Assembly (NCBI RefSeq): GCF_009834535.1
Contig: NC_045697.1
Location: 15,378,001 to 15,442,000 of the forward strand
Source: Camelus ferus
Taxonomy: Eukaryota
DNA length: 64,000 bases
Reading direction: 5' to 3'
A program made the translations under genes and the position numbers. Shown here one piece after another: positions 46,096 through 59,624 of this stretch; position 1 is the stretch's first letter, and every line of letters begins with the position of its first letter. The notes under the pieces were generated by a model. It worked only from the letters and a program-made list of their open reading frames with translations. It was not told the DNA's origin and did not search any database.

Positions 46096-48484
46096 CATAC
46101 TTTTACAAAGAAGAGAAGGAAAGGAATTACTATTTTCACAACTCCAGCCTCAGAAAGTGTCCTAGGTACTGTAAGTGAATACCCCTGTTCCCATCTCACT
46201 ACTGAGGGAAATACGGCTGAGGGAGAAAAGAAACCTGGTCACACAAGGTCACAGTTATTGTCAGGGTTTGGTCAGGGTCTGTTAGATGATAAGATGACCG
46301 TGTACCGTGCTGGCTCCCTGAACACAGGCACAGAAACGAGCGCACACACACTTGTATGCACATATATGCGCAGGAGTGCACACATGCCTGTACAGTGCAA
46401 ACGCCACACATCAAGAACATGATTTGGAAAAATCAAGAAGCGAAAAACAAACATCTCACAGACGAAGAGAAGCATTCTAAAGCTCCTTCCTACTGTAAGG
46501 TCCCTTGGGTTTTAATTCATATCCTATTGACTCTTAATTTACAAGCCATTCTAACAACTTGTCCATCTGACCTTTCCTACATATAGGAAATTAGCTAGAA
46601 AAGTATACACAAGAAGAAAAAAAAAATAGAGCAGATAATCAGCAATAAAGCTGGGGAAAAGGCATACTATCTTATTGCCTATTATGATAATTATGAACAT
46701 ACGAATAATGATTTGTTATTAAGGGAAGACTAACTTATATTCAATAGTCTGTCCAATAAGGCAACAATGCATTTGAAGTATTTTTAAAAGGTTTCCATGA
46801 AATATTGTTAGTTTTTCTTGACTGATACTACAATATAGTCCTTGGAAAATTGACTGATGGAAAATGTGTTACCCTGATGTGAAGGTCAGGCACAGAATTT
46901 AAATGAGATATTATTATGTAAAAGATTCAGAGAATTTTTCTAGAGATAAAATATGAATGTTTTATAAACTCAACAAAATGTGGATAAACCTTCTGGGTTG
47001 GAAGCATGTGTCAGGTATTAAAGGCTGCTGTTTTCAATATAGCTTTTACTCCATTGTTCATAATGAAATACAACATTGAAAACTACGGATACCTGGGAAC
47101 ATCAGCCAATTCCATAAATTTTCTCACTCTGTGTCTGAGATAAAAGGGAAAGGTTTTTTCTTTTTTTTTTTTTTTTGGCTTGCTAACAGCTTAAAATTAT
47201 AAATGAGTTTGAATGTCTCAGTCACTGCTATTCAGTAGATGGCGAGGTTCCCATGGACCTATGGTATCAAGACTCACCTCAACAGGAACAAGGTATGTAT
47301 GTAATGATGGTTATTATCTCAAGGGGTGAGAAAGGCATTTCCTGGAGAAAAGAAGTATCTTGCCTAAAATTACACCATTAGGAACAGACCACCTCTCCTG
47401 TTTCAGTGTGTCCATCTTTGTTGCCTCTGCCCCATCTGTTTGTTCACCTCACACAAGTTACCCTGAAAGTCACAATCGATGGTCTAAAAGTGGAGAAATC
47501 ATAAGACTCAACCACAGAAGTCAAAAGCAAACCACCAACCAGCTCATTTTGAGACTTACAAAGGAAAGAGCAAATGACTCACCACAAATTACGTACTTAA
47601 AAGATGATTTCAGAAAGCAAGCACCCACTGGCCTGCAGTGCATTATCTCCCATTTGAATTCCCACCCCCAACCCCACCCCACCCGAGCTTAAAGTTATCC
47701 CTCCATTTCCGTGGAACCACATATGCAATCTCATCCGTCCAAATTTAAATGGATTTAATTCTAACAAACAGCCCCAGCGTAAATCCAGCCAGCCAGTCTG
47801 CTGGGCTGCCTTTGTTTTCCCGGTGTGACTGGGAATAGCCTGCTTCAAAGAGGCACAGCCTGAAAATTAAGAATGGGAACATTCTGCCCACTTTCTGTGC
47901 AGACACGAATACCCTCAGGGAGGGGCCCGATGGTTCCCCTTCTCTCTTCTACAGCGCACAGCTTCCCAGTCCCCAGATGTGATGCATTACATCATCCCCA
48001 GTGCCGACCACTGGTGTGTATTGTTAACTTTCTCTGGTTCTATTTTATCCCTCCTTCTGGGTCTCAGAAAACTGACCTTTGAGTCCTTTTCCTTTTGTTC
48101 CTGCTCTATCCCTTAGCCTCCTTGGTGAGTAAAAGATAAAACAACACACAGAAGGATACACAGCATGACCGGGAAAATGACTCATCTGGCCAAATAACCT
48201 GTCCCCTGGAAAATTACTGAGACTTGCCAATGTATATAGACATCCATTCCTAAAATACCACAGCAAAAATTAGGGGCTTTTCAACCTCTGGGGTCTGAAA
48301 TGCTTCCACATTATCTTGATTATGAGTTCTGAAGATTCAGCGCAAGAAATCTGAGCAATAGTAACATCTTACGTGCTCGTCCCTATTATGTGCCAGTTTT
48401 TATGTACATTCTTATGTTCATTTTTCTGATGGGGGAATACATAGCTTTCCTGCATTTTGGGAGTCTGTCCATCTAGTTTTTATT

Positions 48485-48720
48485 TATTCATTCTTTTTTT
48501 CATTCATTTGATTAATATTAATTGAGTCCTTTCTATGTGTTCGGTATCACAAGAGTCATTGGGGTGTAATAAGAAATAAATCAGACATAACCGCTAACTT
48601 CACAGAACTTAGAGATCAGCAGAAAAAGAAGACATAAAATAAAAAAGTCATTCAACAGTGTCATCATTCAATAACAATGACAGGGAACTCCACAGTACTT
48701 TGGGCACATGTAACACAGAG
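48485..48720 (-). mobile_element. L2 3' end
   Basis: TTCATTCATTTGATTAATATTAATTGAGTCCTTTCTATGTG..TTCACAGAACTTAGAG. Confidence 0.7.
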
Positions 48721-48789
48721 AGCTTTTGAGAGATAAATTCACATTATCTGCCATATTAGCAGCTGAAAATATATACTATTGTAGAAGTT

Positions 48790-49212
48790 TATTAGCTTTA
48801 GTCTGCAATGTTTTCAATAAAGGTGCATATCAAACTCTCACAAAACTCAAAAACTTACAACAACATTTTTTCCTCACTTACGCCTCTCAAAGTTGGCTGA
48901 GCTGGTTTCGCGTCAGTCTGGGAGTCTGCAGGTCAACCAGAGTGACTGAGCTGGGGATAAACGGAGAGCTTCCTGCAATATCTTCTTCTCGTGGCAGTAG
49001 CAGAAGCCCAGGAGGGTAAGACAACTGTGTAGCAGGTTTTCAAATCCTGATTATACACATCCGCTAATATTCCTGTGGCCAAGCCCAAAGTCAAAGTTTG
49101 GGGAAACACTTTGCACCCACCATGAAGCCAAGGAAGTGTATGAATGTACCACACTTCTACCACCATACCATGGGGAGAGGAGAACTAGGCCCAGTAATTC
49201 AATTGACTAGAC
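48790..49212 (-). mobile_element. MLT1G/H-like LTR
   Basis: CAAAACTCAAAAACTTACAACAAC..GCAGAAGCCCAGGAGGG..CATCCGCTAATATTCCTGTGGCCAAGCCCAAAGTCAA. Confidence 0.75.
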
Positions 49213-50164
49213 TTAGTTTGCAAAAGGCTAATGGTACCATTTACCTATTATACTGTTGTGATTAAATAGAAGTTAACATTCTTAAAAATAAATGTGTATG
49301 AATATGATTTTTGGTTTCAAAAACTTTGAGTTCGTCGATAAAATATACATAGGACAGAGTAGGGAGGATCTGGCTCCTACCTGGTCAGTCCTCTGGATTC
49401 ACAAAGATATTCTCTGCTGTCATATTTGCATGAACGTATTCACTGGAGGAACTCCAAGGCACCCAGTGGGAAGAAGAAAAGAGCATCTTTTTTATCAAGG
49501 TAAGAAGAGACGAGGGGGCAGGAAGACCACAAATGAGGAGGTAGGCAGAGATAATTGTTCAGACTGGAGGAGGGCGAGGTGGGAAGTTCACAGAGAACAG
49601 ATCTGAAACTTGAAGCTTGGCTTCTCGTTGGATGTAGAAAGATGGCAAGGATATTCAAATCCTCTGTCGTTGTCTAACCAAGATTCCTCCACCCACAATA
49701 GGCAAAATAGGGGAAAAGAAACAGAATCCTGCCTCACCTGAAGAATATCTTTCCAATTTAATTAGACAAATCAAAACAAAAATACAAACTCTCCACCGGC
49801 ATGTAAATACAGGCAGCCTCATAGCCTCCTGTTTCCCAGAAGGGAGTCTGTTTCCTAATCGAGCCTCTTATTAACCCACTTGGAATTGGAAGGAGTCTGT
49901 TCCAAACAATAAACTCTTAGTTCCAGGCGTTCAGCTATGAGGTTGGGCCTGTGTGTTACTAAGTCTCACCTCACTACAAGTACTGAGACTCTTAGCCTGT
50001 ACAAGACAGGTATAAACACAAGTCTTTCTGACACTGAAGTGAATATCCTACAGGGGGAGTTTTAGCAGTTTTTGGAAATAGGTCCTTAGGATTGTATGTA
50101 CAGGAGAAAAAGGGAAGAGGAACTAACCTTTCTCTGCCTTTTAAAAATTGTTTTATGACCTCAT

Positions 50165-50340
50165 ATGACCTTGTTGAGTGCCAAATGTGTACCAGACACT
50201 GTGCTAAGACCTTACATACTACCTCATTTGGTTTTCTCAGATTCCCTGATATATAGATATTGACTGCCCTCTATTATATACAAGGAAACAAAACATGAAA
50301 AACTTTCACTGAGTCACATAAACAGTGAATGCCTGACCTC
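50165..50340 (-). mobile_element. MIR
   Basis: TTGAGTGCCAAATGTGTACCAGACACTGTGCTAAGACCTTACAT. Confidence 0.75.
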
Positions 50341-50899
50341 TGGGCAAGGCTAGTTAGAGGTGATTCTGACCCCTCTGTACAGGTAGGCTTACCCACAAAG
50401 GATGACCCTAGTTTTTCGTCCCCAGGAAGCAGCTTCAAGTTCACCTTTACTTTCTCCTAAGACTCCAGTCTAACAACAAGAAAGAAGAAAAAACATCTAA
50501 CCCCTAAGTTTCTATGGATAAGAAAAAGAAAAGTGGAAAAAAGAAAAATGGTCACAAAATGGTTCCCAAAGGGTCCAGGAACTGGCAGTATCAATTACCC
50601 CTAAACATGGCAGTGAGTCATGGGGTGGAAAAAAAGAAAATTGAAGCTATCAGATCCTCAGTTCCCAATCCCTAATCTGGGCTGTTAGGCATCTTCCTTC
50701 CCCCACCTTAGCAAAGTCTGGAGTTTTATTTTTTGGAGATGACAAAATAAAAATATCCCCGGACTGGATGACATCAGGTAAAAATGAAGTTGGAGGGACC
50801 ACAATGAAAACAGGAGGAATGCATGGACTTGGGCACAGTGGACGCCAGATTCCTTGTTCTGTTTCTCCCAATCACCTCTCGGGATGATGGCAGTCAGGC

Positions 50900-52562
50900 T
50901 TCTACCCTCCAAGTAAGATTTTGATGAATGCAGTTTTGTGGAATCCAGTCATTTATGAGAAAAAATTAATAATATTGTAACCAGGCACCAAGAACAGAAT
51001 TTAATGAAACAAAAAGCAACAGGGACCAAAATGAGTACTTGGAAATTTAAAATATGATGGCTTGAATAAATAATATTTATAAAGTTGCAAGACTCTTTAC
51101 CCCTACCCCCCCAAAAAAGTATAGAAAATTAGAGGACAAGTTTAAGTGCTCCCATGTCTGACTAACTGGAGTTCCAGAAAGAGAGAAGACAATGTAGAAA
51201 GAAAGTTACCAAAATAAACACATACATATATGCATACATACATCACGATTATTTCCTAGAACGGAAAGAAATATTTGGGTTTATATTCTATTAGTTTCCA
51301 GAAAAAACGGATTAAAAAGAAACACCAAAGCACAAGCACGGCACCATTAGATTTTGGGACACCTGGGAAAAGAGAAGATCCTGCAAGATTCTGGACAAAA
51401 CAAGCAGGTCACACAAACCAAAATCCAGAATCAGAAGACTGTGACTCCTCAAAAGGAGCACTTTGAAAGCAGTTAAGGAAAGTCTTCAAAATGTTAGGCG
51501 GAGATTATTTTCAACCTAGAATGTAAGTGAACCAAACGATCAATCAAGAGTGAGATTAGAATCAAGACATTTGTGACATGGATGCTTTCAAAAAGTTCTC
51601 TCTTAATGTACTCTTGCTAAGAGAAAGATGAAAAGCTTCGGATATAGGAAACGAATGATCGAAACTGGTAGAAGCTAAAAGAATCCCCAGAACAAAAGTG
51701 AAAGGCGATCCCAGGATGACAGGTGTGACACAGACATGCAAAGTGACCAGTAAATACTGGAGGAGTCCCAGAATCCCCAGGAAAGATTTCTTAAGGATGA
51801 TGAAATCAATAGACTATGAGATGCATCTAAATGCCAAGAGGGAAGAATCAGACAACTTTGACAATGTGGGGTTAAATTACTCACATGAAAAAAGAAGACA
51901 AGCATTAATACAGGGGAAACACTCTGCAGAAAAGGAAAAGTAATCATATATTACATGGCTCAGCTCTGAAAAAATTATTTACACAATACTGTCAACTGCA
52001 CTCATGATTCTAAAAACTTTATGTGTTAAATCATTTAATCTTCATACCGAGTTTGTGAGGTGGGTACTAGCATTTTCCCATGTTATGGGTGAGGCAACTC
52101 AAGCACATAGAACTTGGACATTTGTCCAAGGTCACACAGCTGGTTGAGTGATAAAGGTGGACTTTTAACACAGGCATTTGGCTCCATATTCCATGCTCTT
52201 ATGCACCTCTAGTCATAATAATGCATTTTTTGAATATTGCTAGAACCAAAATTCCAAGTCTGGGTATTGGAAAGATAGGGAAAAGGAAAAGGAAGATGTG
52301 TGGTGAGGGCAGTAAGGAGGAAAAGAGTGCTGAAACTTCATCTTTCAAAGTGGGAAGTCAACAAAACTTAAAAAAAAAAGTAATTTAATATGCTCCTAAG
52401 AGCACTGAATGACAATACCAAAATAATCAGCTAAAAGAGGAAGTGGTTTCTATCACAGAGAAATGAAGTACAGGAGGGTAGGGAATGGCTGTTGTTTATA
52501 ACCAATCTTGTAGCACTAGTTGACTCTTCAAATTCTAAACATGTTTAACTTTGATAAAAACA
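50900..52562 (+). mobile_element. Ancient HAL1 (degenerate ORF1 and 3' UTR) with MIR inserted at ~51990-52205; 5' UTR may extend to ~50420
   Basis: Degenerate ORF1 DNA GAAAATTAGAGGAC..CTAACTGGAGTTCCAGAAAGAGAG..TTCAAAATGTT..TTTTCAACCTAGAAT..CAAGACATTT, followed directly by a HAL1-type 3' UTR (GATCCCAGGATGACAG; AATCTTGTAGCACTAGTTGACT..ACTTTGATAAAAA) with no ORF2. Confidence 0.8.
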
Positions 52563-53177
52563 GAAAAGGAGAAGGTGGAGGAGGAGAAAGCAGGTGGTAG
52601 AGCCGTGCTGTCTCCTATTGGTGGGAAATTCTCCCCCCACTCACCCCAGGGACTGTTAACTACTGTGGGAATGACATTGTAATTGATGTAGTTTGCTGGA
52701 CAGAGCACAGCGGAGCCAGATTCCAGCCTGGTTATGCTGACCAGCTGTGTGATCCTGGCCACAACATTTCCCTTTTCTTCCACGGTCCCAGCTTTATTGC
52801 CTGCACGAGGGGATGTTGAACTAGAAAATCTCTAGATTCCTTTCATAGCAACTTTTTGATAATATCCAGCACATAAATGAGCGGAGGCCAGATTGAGGAG
52901 ATCAAAGCCAGTAGGACAGCAAACTCTGAGGCAAAGATGGAAAATTACAGCAGCTTCCCCCAGAATCTATCCATCCCTCCATCTCCACCCACCTCTTTCT
53001 CTAACATCTCTCTTGGATCCTAATGAGTATGTGAGGCTTCCCTGGGTTCCTATCAGCGCTCTCCAGTGGTGGTCCTTCCATTCTGATCCTCTAGGGCTGT
53101 ATTATCTGTTGGCACCACCTTTGAGCTAAACCCTCAGAGATCCTGATTTTACCCAGCCTGATAAGGTTCTTTAATTC

Positions 53178-53335
53178 AGTGGTTCTTAACACTGATGAAT
53201 CAAAAATACATCTGAAAATCCTATGAAGACTATGGACTCTCTGAAGAAGAGAACCACATGTACTAAAAATTCTGCTGTTAAAGACCTTTTGAAGCCTGTC
53301 ATTAAATTCCGTAATGAGTATAGTGATTTAGGGGT
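53178..53335 (+). mobile_element. hAT MITE, MER103/MER5-like
   Basis: CAGTGGTTCTTAAC terminus and CTGAAAATCCTATGAAGACTATGGACTCTCT. Confidence 0.6.
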
Positions 53336-53870
53336 TAATAACAATAAATTCTTAAATTTGAATGACGATTTTTAATTTATAATGCAATTTTACATCATTA
53401 ACACAATAGGGCTTTTCTCCAAGTAGAATGCAGAAAATCATTCCCATTATAGTTTTAGCTTCATTGTTGTGTTGGGCACATTTACACAGAGATGTTATTT
53501 TTTTATCACAACAGTCTGAGCAAGTTCCTTAATCCCATTTTTGAGATGAGAAAAGTTGGGCTCAGACAAAAATATGTTTTTAGTGAACAATGAGTTACTT
53601 TATCAAACAGACATAAGTCGGGTGTCACTAACAAAGTCAAGTCTATTTCTCTTTCCAAGCACATTACAAGGTGAGAATGAAGGCTCCTATCTGAGGAAGA
53701 CATCTCAGCAATTCCCATGACTGGGCACCCAACATATGGCCTTCAAGGTGATTTCACTCATTGCTGCTTCTAGGCAGTGAAGGGAATAGAAAAGGCAAGT
53801 CTAGGGCAAACATCTTTTAAGCAGATGAGATGCAAGTCACACACCGTCACTTCTGCTTGCCACTAGTGAG

Positions 53871-54228
53871 CATTATGGGCTGAACTGTGTCCCTTCCAAA
53901 ATCCATTTGTTGAGGTCCTAACCTCAATACCTCAGAATGTGACTTTAAATCAAAACAAAGTCATCAGGATGGGCCCTAATCCAATATGAGTGACCAACCT
54001 TTAAGAGGAAATTTCGACAGAGAGACACACAGAAGGAAGATGATGTAAAGACACAGGAAGGAGAAGATGGTCATCTTCCAGCCAAGGAGAGAGGCCTTCT
54101 AAGAAACCAGCCCTGCCAACACCTTGATCTTGGACTTCTAGACTCCAGCACAGCAAGAAAATGCGTTTCTGTTGCTTGAGTCCCCTGCTCTTGGCGCTTT
54201 GCTACACCAGTCCTAGGAAACCCATACA
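53871..54228 (+). mobile_element. MLT1B-like LTR nested in an older minus-strand MLT1 LTR (~53700-54330)
   Basis: TTATGGGCTGAACTGTGTCCC..CCTCAGAATGTGACT..GGGCCCTAATCCAATATGA..CCAGCCCTGCCAACACCTTGATCTTGGACTTC..CCTAGGAAACCCATACA. Confidence 0.9.
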
Positions 54229-55234
54229 AACACTTCGGTCATGTGGCCATTTGTAATAAGCTCCTATGGGCCGTGTGCCCAGGAGGGAGGGACAAACAGA
54301 CACAGTGATAAACAAGAGTCTCCACCCACCACATTGAATAGTTTACTTCAGGTCATGTAGCTTTAGGTAGAAAGCAAATTCTTCAAATCCAGGTCTTCCG
54401 GTTTAACTTCCTCCCACCAACACTGCATTAAAATGTTGGCGCTGGTCTTTACTGCCTAAACACAAAGTGAAAATAATTTTTAAGGAAAAAAAAATAATAA
54501 AGAAAAGATGCTTGGAATCTTAAAATCACCATATTCAAGTTATCTTTCTCTTCTGCCTCTAGGAATGATTAATTTTGCTGTGGGGTGATGGATTTTGCCA
54601 GGCAGTCAGATCCCCCGAACCTGCTAGAGAAGTTCCTAAAAATGTATCTCTGTAGAAAGTAAATTCTCTTCTATGTTCTGGTAGTTTTCCTCTGAACTGC
54701 GCTCTTCCCTTTATGCCGTGGTTAGAACCGTTTTCAAGTTGATTGCCGCTGTGATCTTCTGTGTAACTCTATTTTAAGCTGTCTGCAACAGAATGAACTC
54801 TTAAGGTACTACTTCAAGAAGTAAAAAAGGAAAGATTTAATCCTGTAGTCCAGATTGGACCTGAAATTAGAGAATCTCTAATATTTGGAGTTGGGAAAAA
54901 TAAAAGACAACTATGGAAAACATACAAGATAATACTTAATTTCCAAAATAGCTCAAAGTAGATCAAAGCATGACTATGTGAGGATAAGATTCTGTGTCTT
55001 CATGAACATAAACTAGCTATTGTAAGCCTCCCTGGTGAGGTCAAAACACAGAGGAGCCTTTTCAGTATAACTGGAACAACCGGGATGATTCAATTATGCT
55101 GGTAGATTATGTAATACATTGCCCTTCTTGCTTTATTACCTAAGACATGGTTCTGAAACTTGATTGCTTATGAGAATTTGGGCAGTTAACATACAGTAGT
55201 GCAACAGGCTCCATTTTTAGTTAAAAGTTGTACA

Positions 55235-56030
55235 TTTCTTTATTCAATAAACATTTATTACTTAACGTGTGACACATACTGTTATAGGTAGTGAAGATGA
55301 AGTCTTTACCCCTGTGAAGCAGCTTATAAGTGATAAGCAAAAGTGCTAAATTAAAGAAAAAAGCTATGGTGTCAAGTCAGTTACCTATGTGCCATAAGGT
55401 TTAATAAAAGCAGAGTAAGGAAGTAATCGTGAGTGTTGTGGGGGTCACTAAATAGGAGATCAGGGAAGGCTTCTCTGAGGAGATGATTTTTGAGCAGAGA
55501 TATGAATGACTTGACATTTCTGGGGGAACTACACTCCAGGAAGAGGGACAATCAAGTGTAAGGGCTCCGAGTGGGGAGCATCCTGGTCACGCTCAACGAA
55601 CGGGGAAGGAGTCAGTATCAGGGAGACTGCAGTAGGAGCTGGCACTGAAGAGATAAGTGGGGCAAGTCCCTGGAAGCCCAGAGGCGTGCAAAGCCTATGA
55701 TTTTACTTTACTTGAGACTAAAAACCTCTGGTGGGTTCTGAGTCAGGGAGAAATATTATTTAAATTTTGGTTTCATGGCAAGAGAGAGCAGAGAAAAGCC
55801 CACTGATGGAGCCCACTGACAAAACCAGTAGTCCACGGACTAGGATGAGGGTGGTAATGGTGGAACAAAAGGATAGGGTCCATGATACATGTTGAAGGTA
55901 GACTCTGAGGGATTGCTGAAATAAGGGATGAAGAGGGTCAGAAGAGAAGTGTGAAGAACAACTCCAGTTTGGGGATGTTGAGCAGTTTGGTGAACGCTGG
56001 TGTCTTTTAGATAGAACGAGCAGGGAGACA
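55235..56030 (-). mobile_element. L2a-like 3' region
   Basis: TTTATTCAATAAACATTTATT..CAGGGAAGGCTTCTCTGAGGAGATGA..TTGAAGGTAGA..GGATTGCTGA. Confidence 0.85.
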
Positions 56031-57814
56031 GTGGCAACCAGAGCGTGCCCTCATCGGGGGAGGGGGGAGCGATGATTTAGCTCAGAAAGCAGAAGACTCT
56101 TTTCTCTATGACATATAATAATTATCCTTGCTGCTTCAAAGATATGTTACAATCCAGTGCTCCTCTCTCTACTGAACCAGCTTCAGTTACAGTGGTCCTA
56201 AGTTAACCACAAACTTATTTAAGATTTCAGTCAAATGTGAGTAACTGGTATCATGTTTGGCTGAAGAGGAGTAAGTTTTTCTCTCTACCATTCACCACAA
56301 TGACAGGTGAAGAATGTCTACAACTTGGGTGTGCTGCCCTCACCCACCCAGGCTCCCACCTCCTTGTTTCCAGTCTGCTCTCAAAGCCCCAGTTCTTTTG
56401 CTGACTCCACTCAGCCTCTGAATCTAGAAGAGAACTGATAGATCATCTGGCCTTTTTCTCTGCTGCCTGTGCCCATGGGAGTCACTAGAAAGCATTTTAG
56501 GGTATAGGTGGGAGTTGTGAGAACAGGCATATTCCAACTGCTCTTGGGGGAAATCAAACCATGCAGCAGAGGGGTGCAATGGCTGCAAACTTCTCTCTCC
56601 CCACATCTACCGTCCCCACTTTTTTTTTCTTTTCTGAAATGGCTATAAAGGGTCATTTTTGTCTATTCCTAAATTTCAGCTAGAAATTGACGCCACAGCC
56701 TCAGAGACACTACCCATGCAGATAATAAGGCCTCGGGTCAATATGTCAATTGCATACTTTTCAAAACGTGATTACCATTTTGTTCAGTTTAATCCTGATG
56801 GAAACATGAGACGCCATCAAACTTCTAGAAGACCTGAAACCATTCAACCAATTTCAACTAGGCCTCAGTACTGAGAACTAAGCTAGTCCATTTCCTCATT
56901 TCTTTCATTAAAATGATAATTAAAGCATCTCTACTCTTAAATGATTGAACCCATGCTGATTTTAGTGCATGTGGCTGAAATAAAATCAACCAAAAGAAAA
57001 TGTATGGCTGTTGACGAAAGCCCTTTGGGATTACATCTATACACAACTTTGCCATCTTAATTAAATACATGTGAATATGTAAAAAGGGTAGTCAAAACTC
57101 CTCAAATAAAAAATGCCAAACTGTGAGTTATGAATCTGATCACAGTAATATTACAAAATTGATTTTTCTTCTTCATAAAGCTTACTTTTCCATGACCCAA
57201 TTTCAGAGAGCATACAAATTTATGGTTCAATTTGATTTGATTTAGCTATGGTCATTAAAGGGACCACAAATTTGCCATTAATCATGGATTATATTCAATC
57301 AGCTCTCAAGGTGACTTATGTTTTCTCACTACTTGCAATGTTACTATCTGCCAAACAGGCTTCCTGGCACGAAACAGCATTTCTCTGTAAGTAGCTGATG
57401 AGTTCAGTTCAAATTCAGTTCAAAATGTACTAAGTTCTTATTGATTACACTTTCGAATACTTTTGCTTTTAAAGACCTAGAGCTTTACGGACTAGAGATG
57501 TGTTTGGATCTCTGATGCTAAGAGATGAAGAAAGGTTTTTGTTGGTGCTGTGGTGACAGAATGGTAAATTCTCCAAATGACCCCCACCCCAGTTTCTTTG
57601 TTTGAATTATTCTCTGTAAAGAAAGCTTTTACTTTTCTACCCTAACTTAGCACAATGTTCTTTCAAACCATCTTTTCTTATGTTGACAAAGGGAACAGCC
57701 TGAAGGCAGGGCCCACATGTCATTCATCTTAATATCCCCAGTCTTTTGTGCCTGATGCACGGAAGACACTTCCTCTGTGTAGAGAGATTTTGTATATTCT
57801 GTGAGTGACATAGT

Positions 57815-58230
57815 ATGTATTGAGTCTTAGCATCCATTTCCACCTCCTTTTATGTCCTTCTCACCCTGTACTGGATAGGATGGAAAGCTAAAAACAATAT
57901 ATTACATCCTCTGTCACAATTATATCCTCTGTAGCTATGGTTATAAATACAGTGGAGGTTCTGCCACTAACAGCCAGAAATGCAAGACTTGGAATCGTAA
58001 GGGGAGCAGAATTTGCCTCTTGCACAGCGGACGAGTAAGCCTGACAGATGTGAATATTCACAGCAGCTGAGCTCCACTCACTGTGGTCCAGTGTCTAATC
58101 TTGCAGATGCAGCAGCACTGCCTGTTGATCACAGATACGGACGCATAATCCCCAAACCGAAAGTCCTAACTTGTGCTCTTTCCCCCTTAATCTAGTTCCT
58201 GATACAAAATCCCTTCCTTGGCCCTGCCCT
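57815..58230 (+). mobile_element. ERVL-class LTR (LTR50/LTR40-like)
   Basis: AGCATCCATTTCCACC..CCTGTACTGGATAGGATGGAAAGCTAAAAAC..GGTTCTGCCA. Recalled resemblance only. Confidence 0.5.
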
Positions 58231-58239
58231 GAACTGCAA

Positions 58240-58572
58240 GATACCCGGGCTGTTTTTCCCCCTCTGGGATGTCCTCCTCGACATTTTTGCGTGGCAAACC
58301 CATCCTTCTTCCTCGGTGGCCCAGTCCTTATATCCATCTATGATACAGTTTTCTTAGACCCTTCCTCCACTCTGCCCCATCGAGGACTTGTCATGCCCTT
58401 ACCTGATATCATCACTCAACACATTTTAACGTGGGTTTTTTGTTTGTATGTTTGGCTCCCCCGACAAGCTGTGAGGTTTTCCAAGTCAGAGAAAACATCT
58501 TGCTCGTGTTTGTATTCCCAACACCTAATGAAGTCACTGGTTTACAAGATATACTGAATAGTTATTAATTTG
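58240..58572 (+). mobile_element. L2 3' end
   Basis: GCTCCCCCGACAAGCTGTGAG..TTTGTATTCCCAACACCTA. Confidence 0.7.
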
Positions 58573-59624
58573 AATTTAAAGCTTATAGGTTCTGGTTCTA
58601 TAATGTGGATAACATCCCCTGTATAATATTTGACACTCAACAGTCAATAAACATTTGTCATAGTGACTTATTCAATCACCACCATCATTCTCATCTCCGT
58701 TAGGAATCACTTGAATGTATTCAACATTTGGAGGTTAAAGAGTCTATATTAATGTACGCTGGATCCTGAAGGTGGCAAAGATATTCCAAGGCAAGGGGAC
58801 AGCGTGTGCAAAGGTGGGAGGCGGGAAGAAGTGTACAGCACTCGAAGAACCACAATTATCTGGCACCACTAGAGTGTCCAGGGGAAAAGAAGCAGTGTCC
58901 AGCATGATGGCAGGATGTGCTCACCAGTCTGGGGCTACTTTAAGTCACCGTAAGCGAGGCCTTGAGCAATGACTCCAATTGTGCTAATAATTGTTTTTCT
59001 CAGCGATCAGTGTATGGGTTCAAGAGTCCAGTGCAAGAGCTGTTTGTTCACCAGGACGGCTGCCAGGAGAATGTGCTTATCTTGGCTCTTCTCTCATGTA
59101 AACCATTAGGTGACATCTTTACAGCATTAAGAAAAAAAGAGGTCCAAAATGCTGATATTAAGTTATATAGGGTCTTACTGACGCCCAAGAAGTTTTATGA
59201 TTTAGCATTGCTCTCATTATATTTAAGGCCAAGTTCTTGAACTGGTAGACACAAAATCCATAGGAAAAACATGACACATCTTCCCGGAGTATTCATTACA
59301 TTCAAGCATGAAGAAACTGTAAATATAATTTTTATATTCAAACCAACAGTTACATTGTGGAGTAAAATGTTAAACTAGCTGAATTTTTAAAATAAGACAT
59401 GAGACTTCAAGGCAATTTCTTTCCCATTCTTCCCCAAATGCACAGAAAATAGGTGGTAAGGAATCCTTAGAGGTTTTTGCAAACTGTGAAGGAAGGCTGG
59501 ACTCTTTGTTTCATGGATTGAGAGAAGCAACTTCACCAAGTCTGACCCTTTGGACCCTGGGTTTCTTCTTTACAAAATCAGAAACAATGGTACATTGCCT
59601 GCCTACCTACCTCACTGACCCGGG

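Noticed and set aside
54545..54665. Plus-strand exon after a good acceptor (TCTTCTGCCTCTAG)
   Set aside because: Stops in all three frames near the start and only a weak donor.
58171..58557. 128-aa ORF
   Set aside because: It overlaps an LTR end and an L2 3' region and has a non-ATG start.
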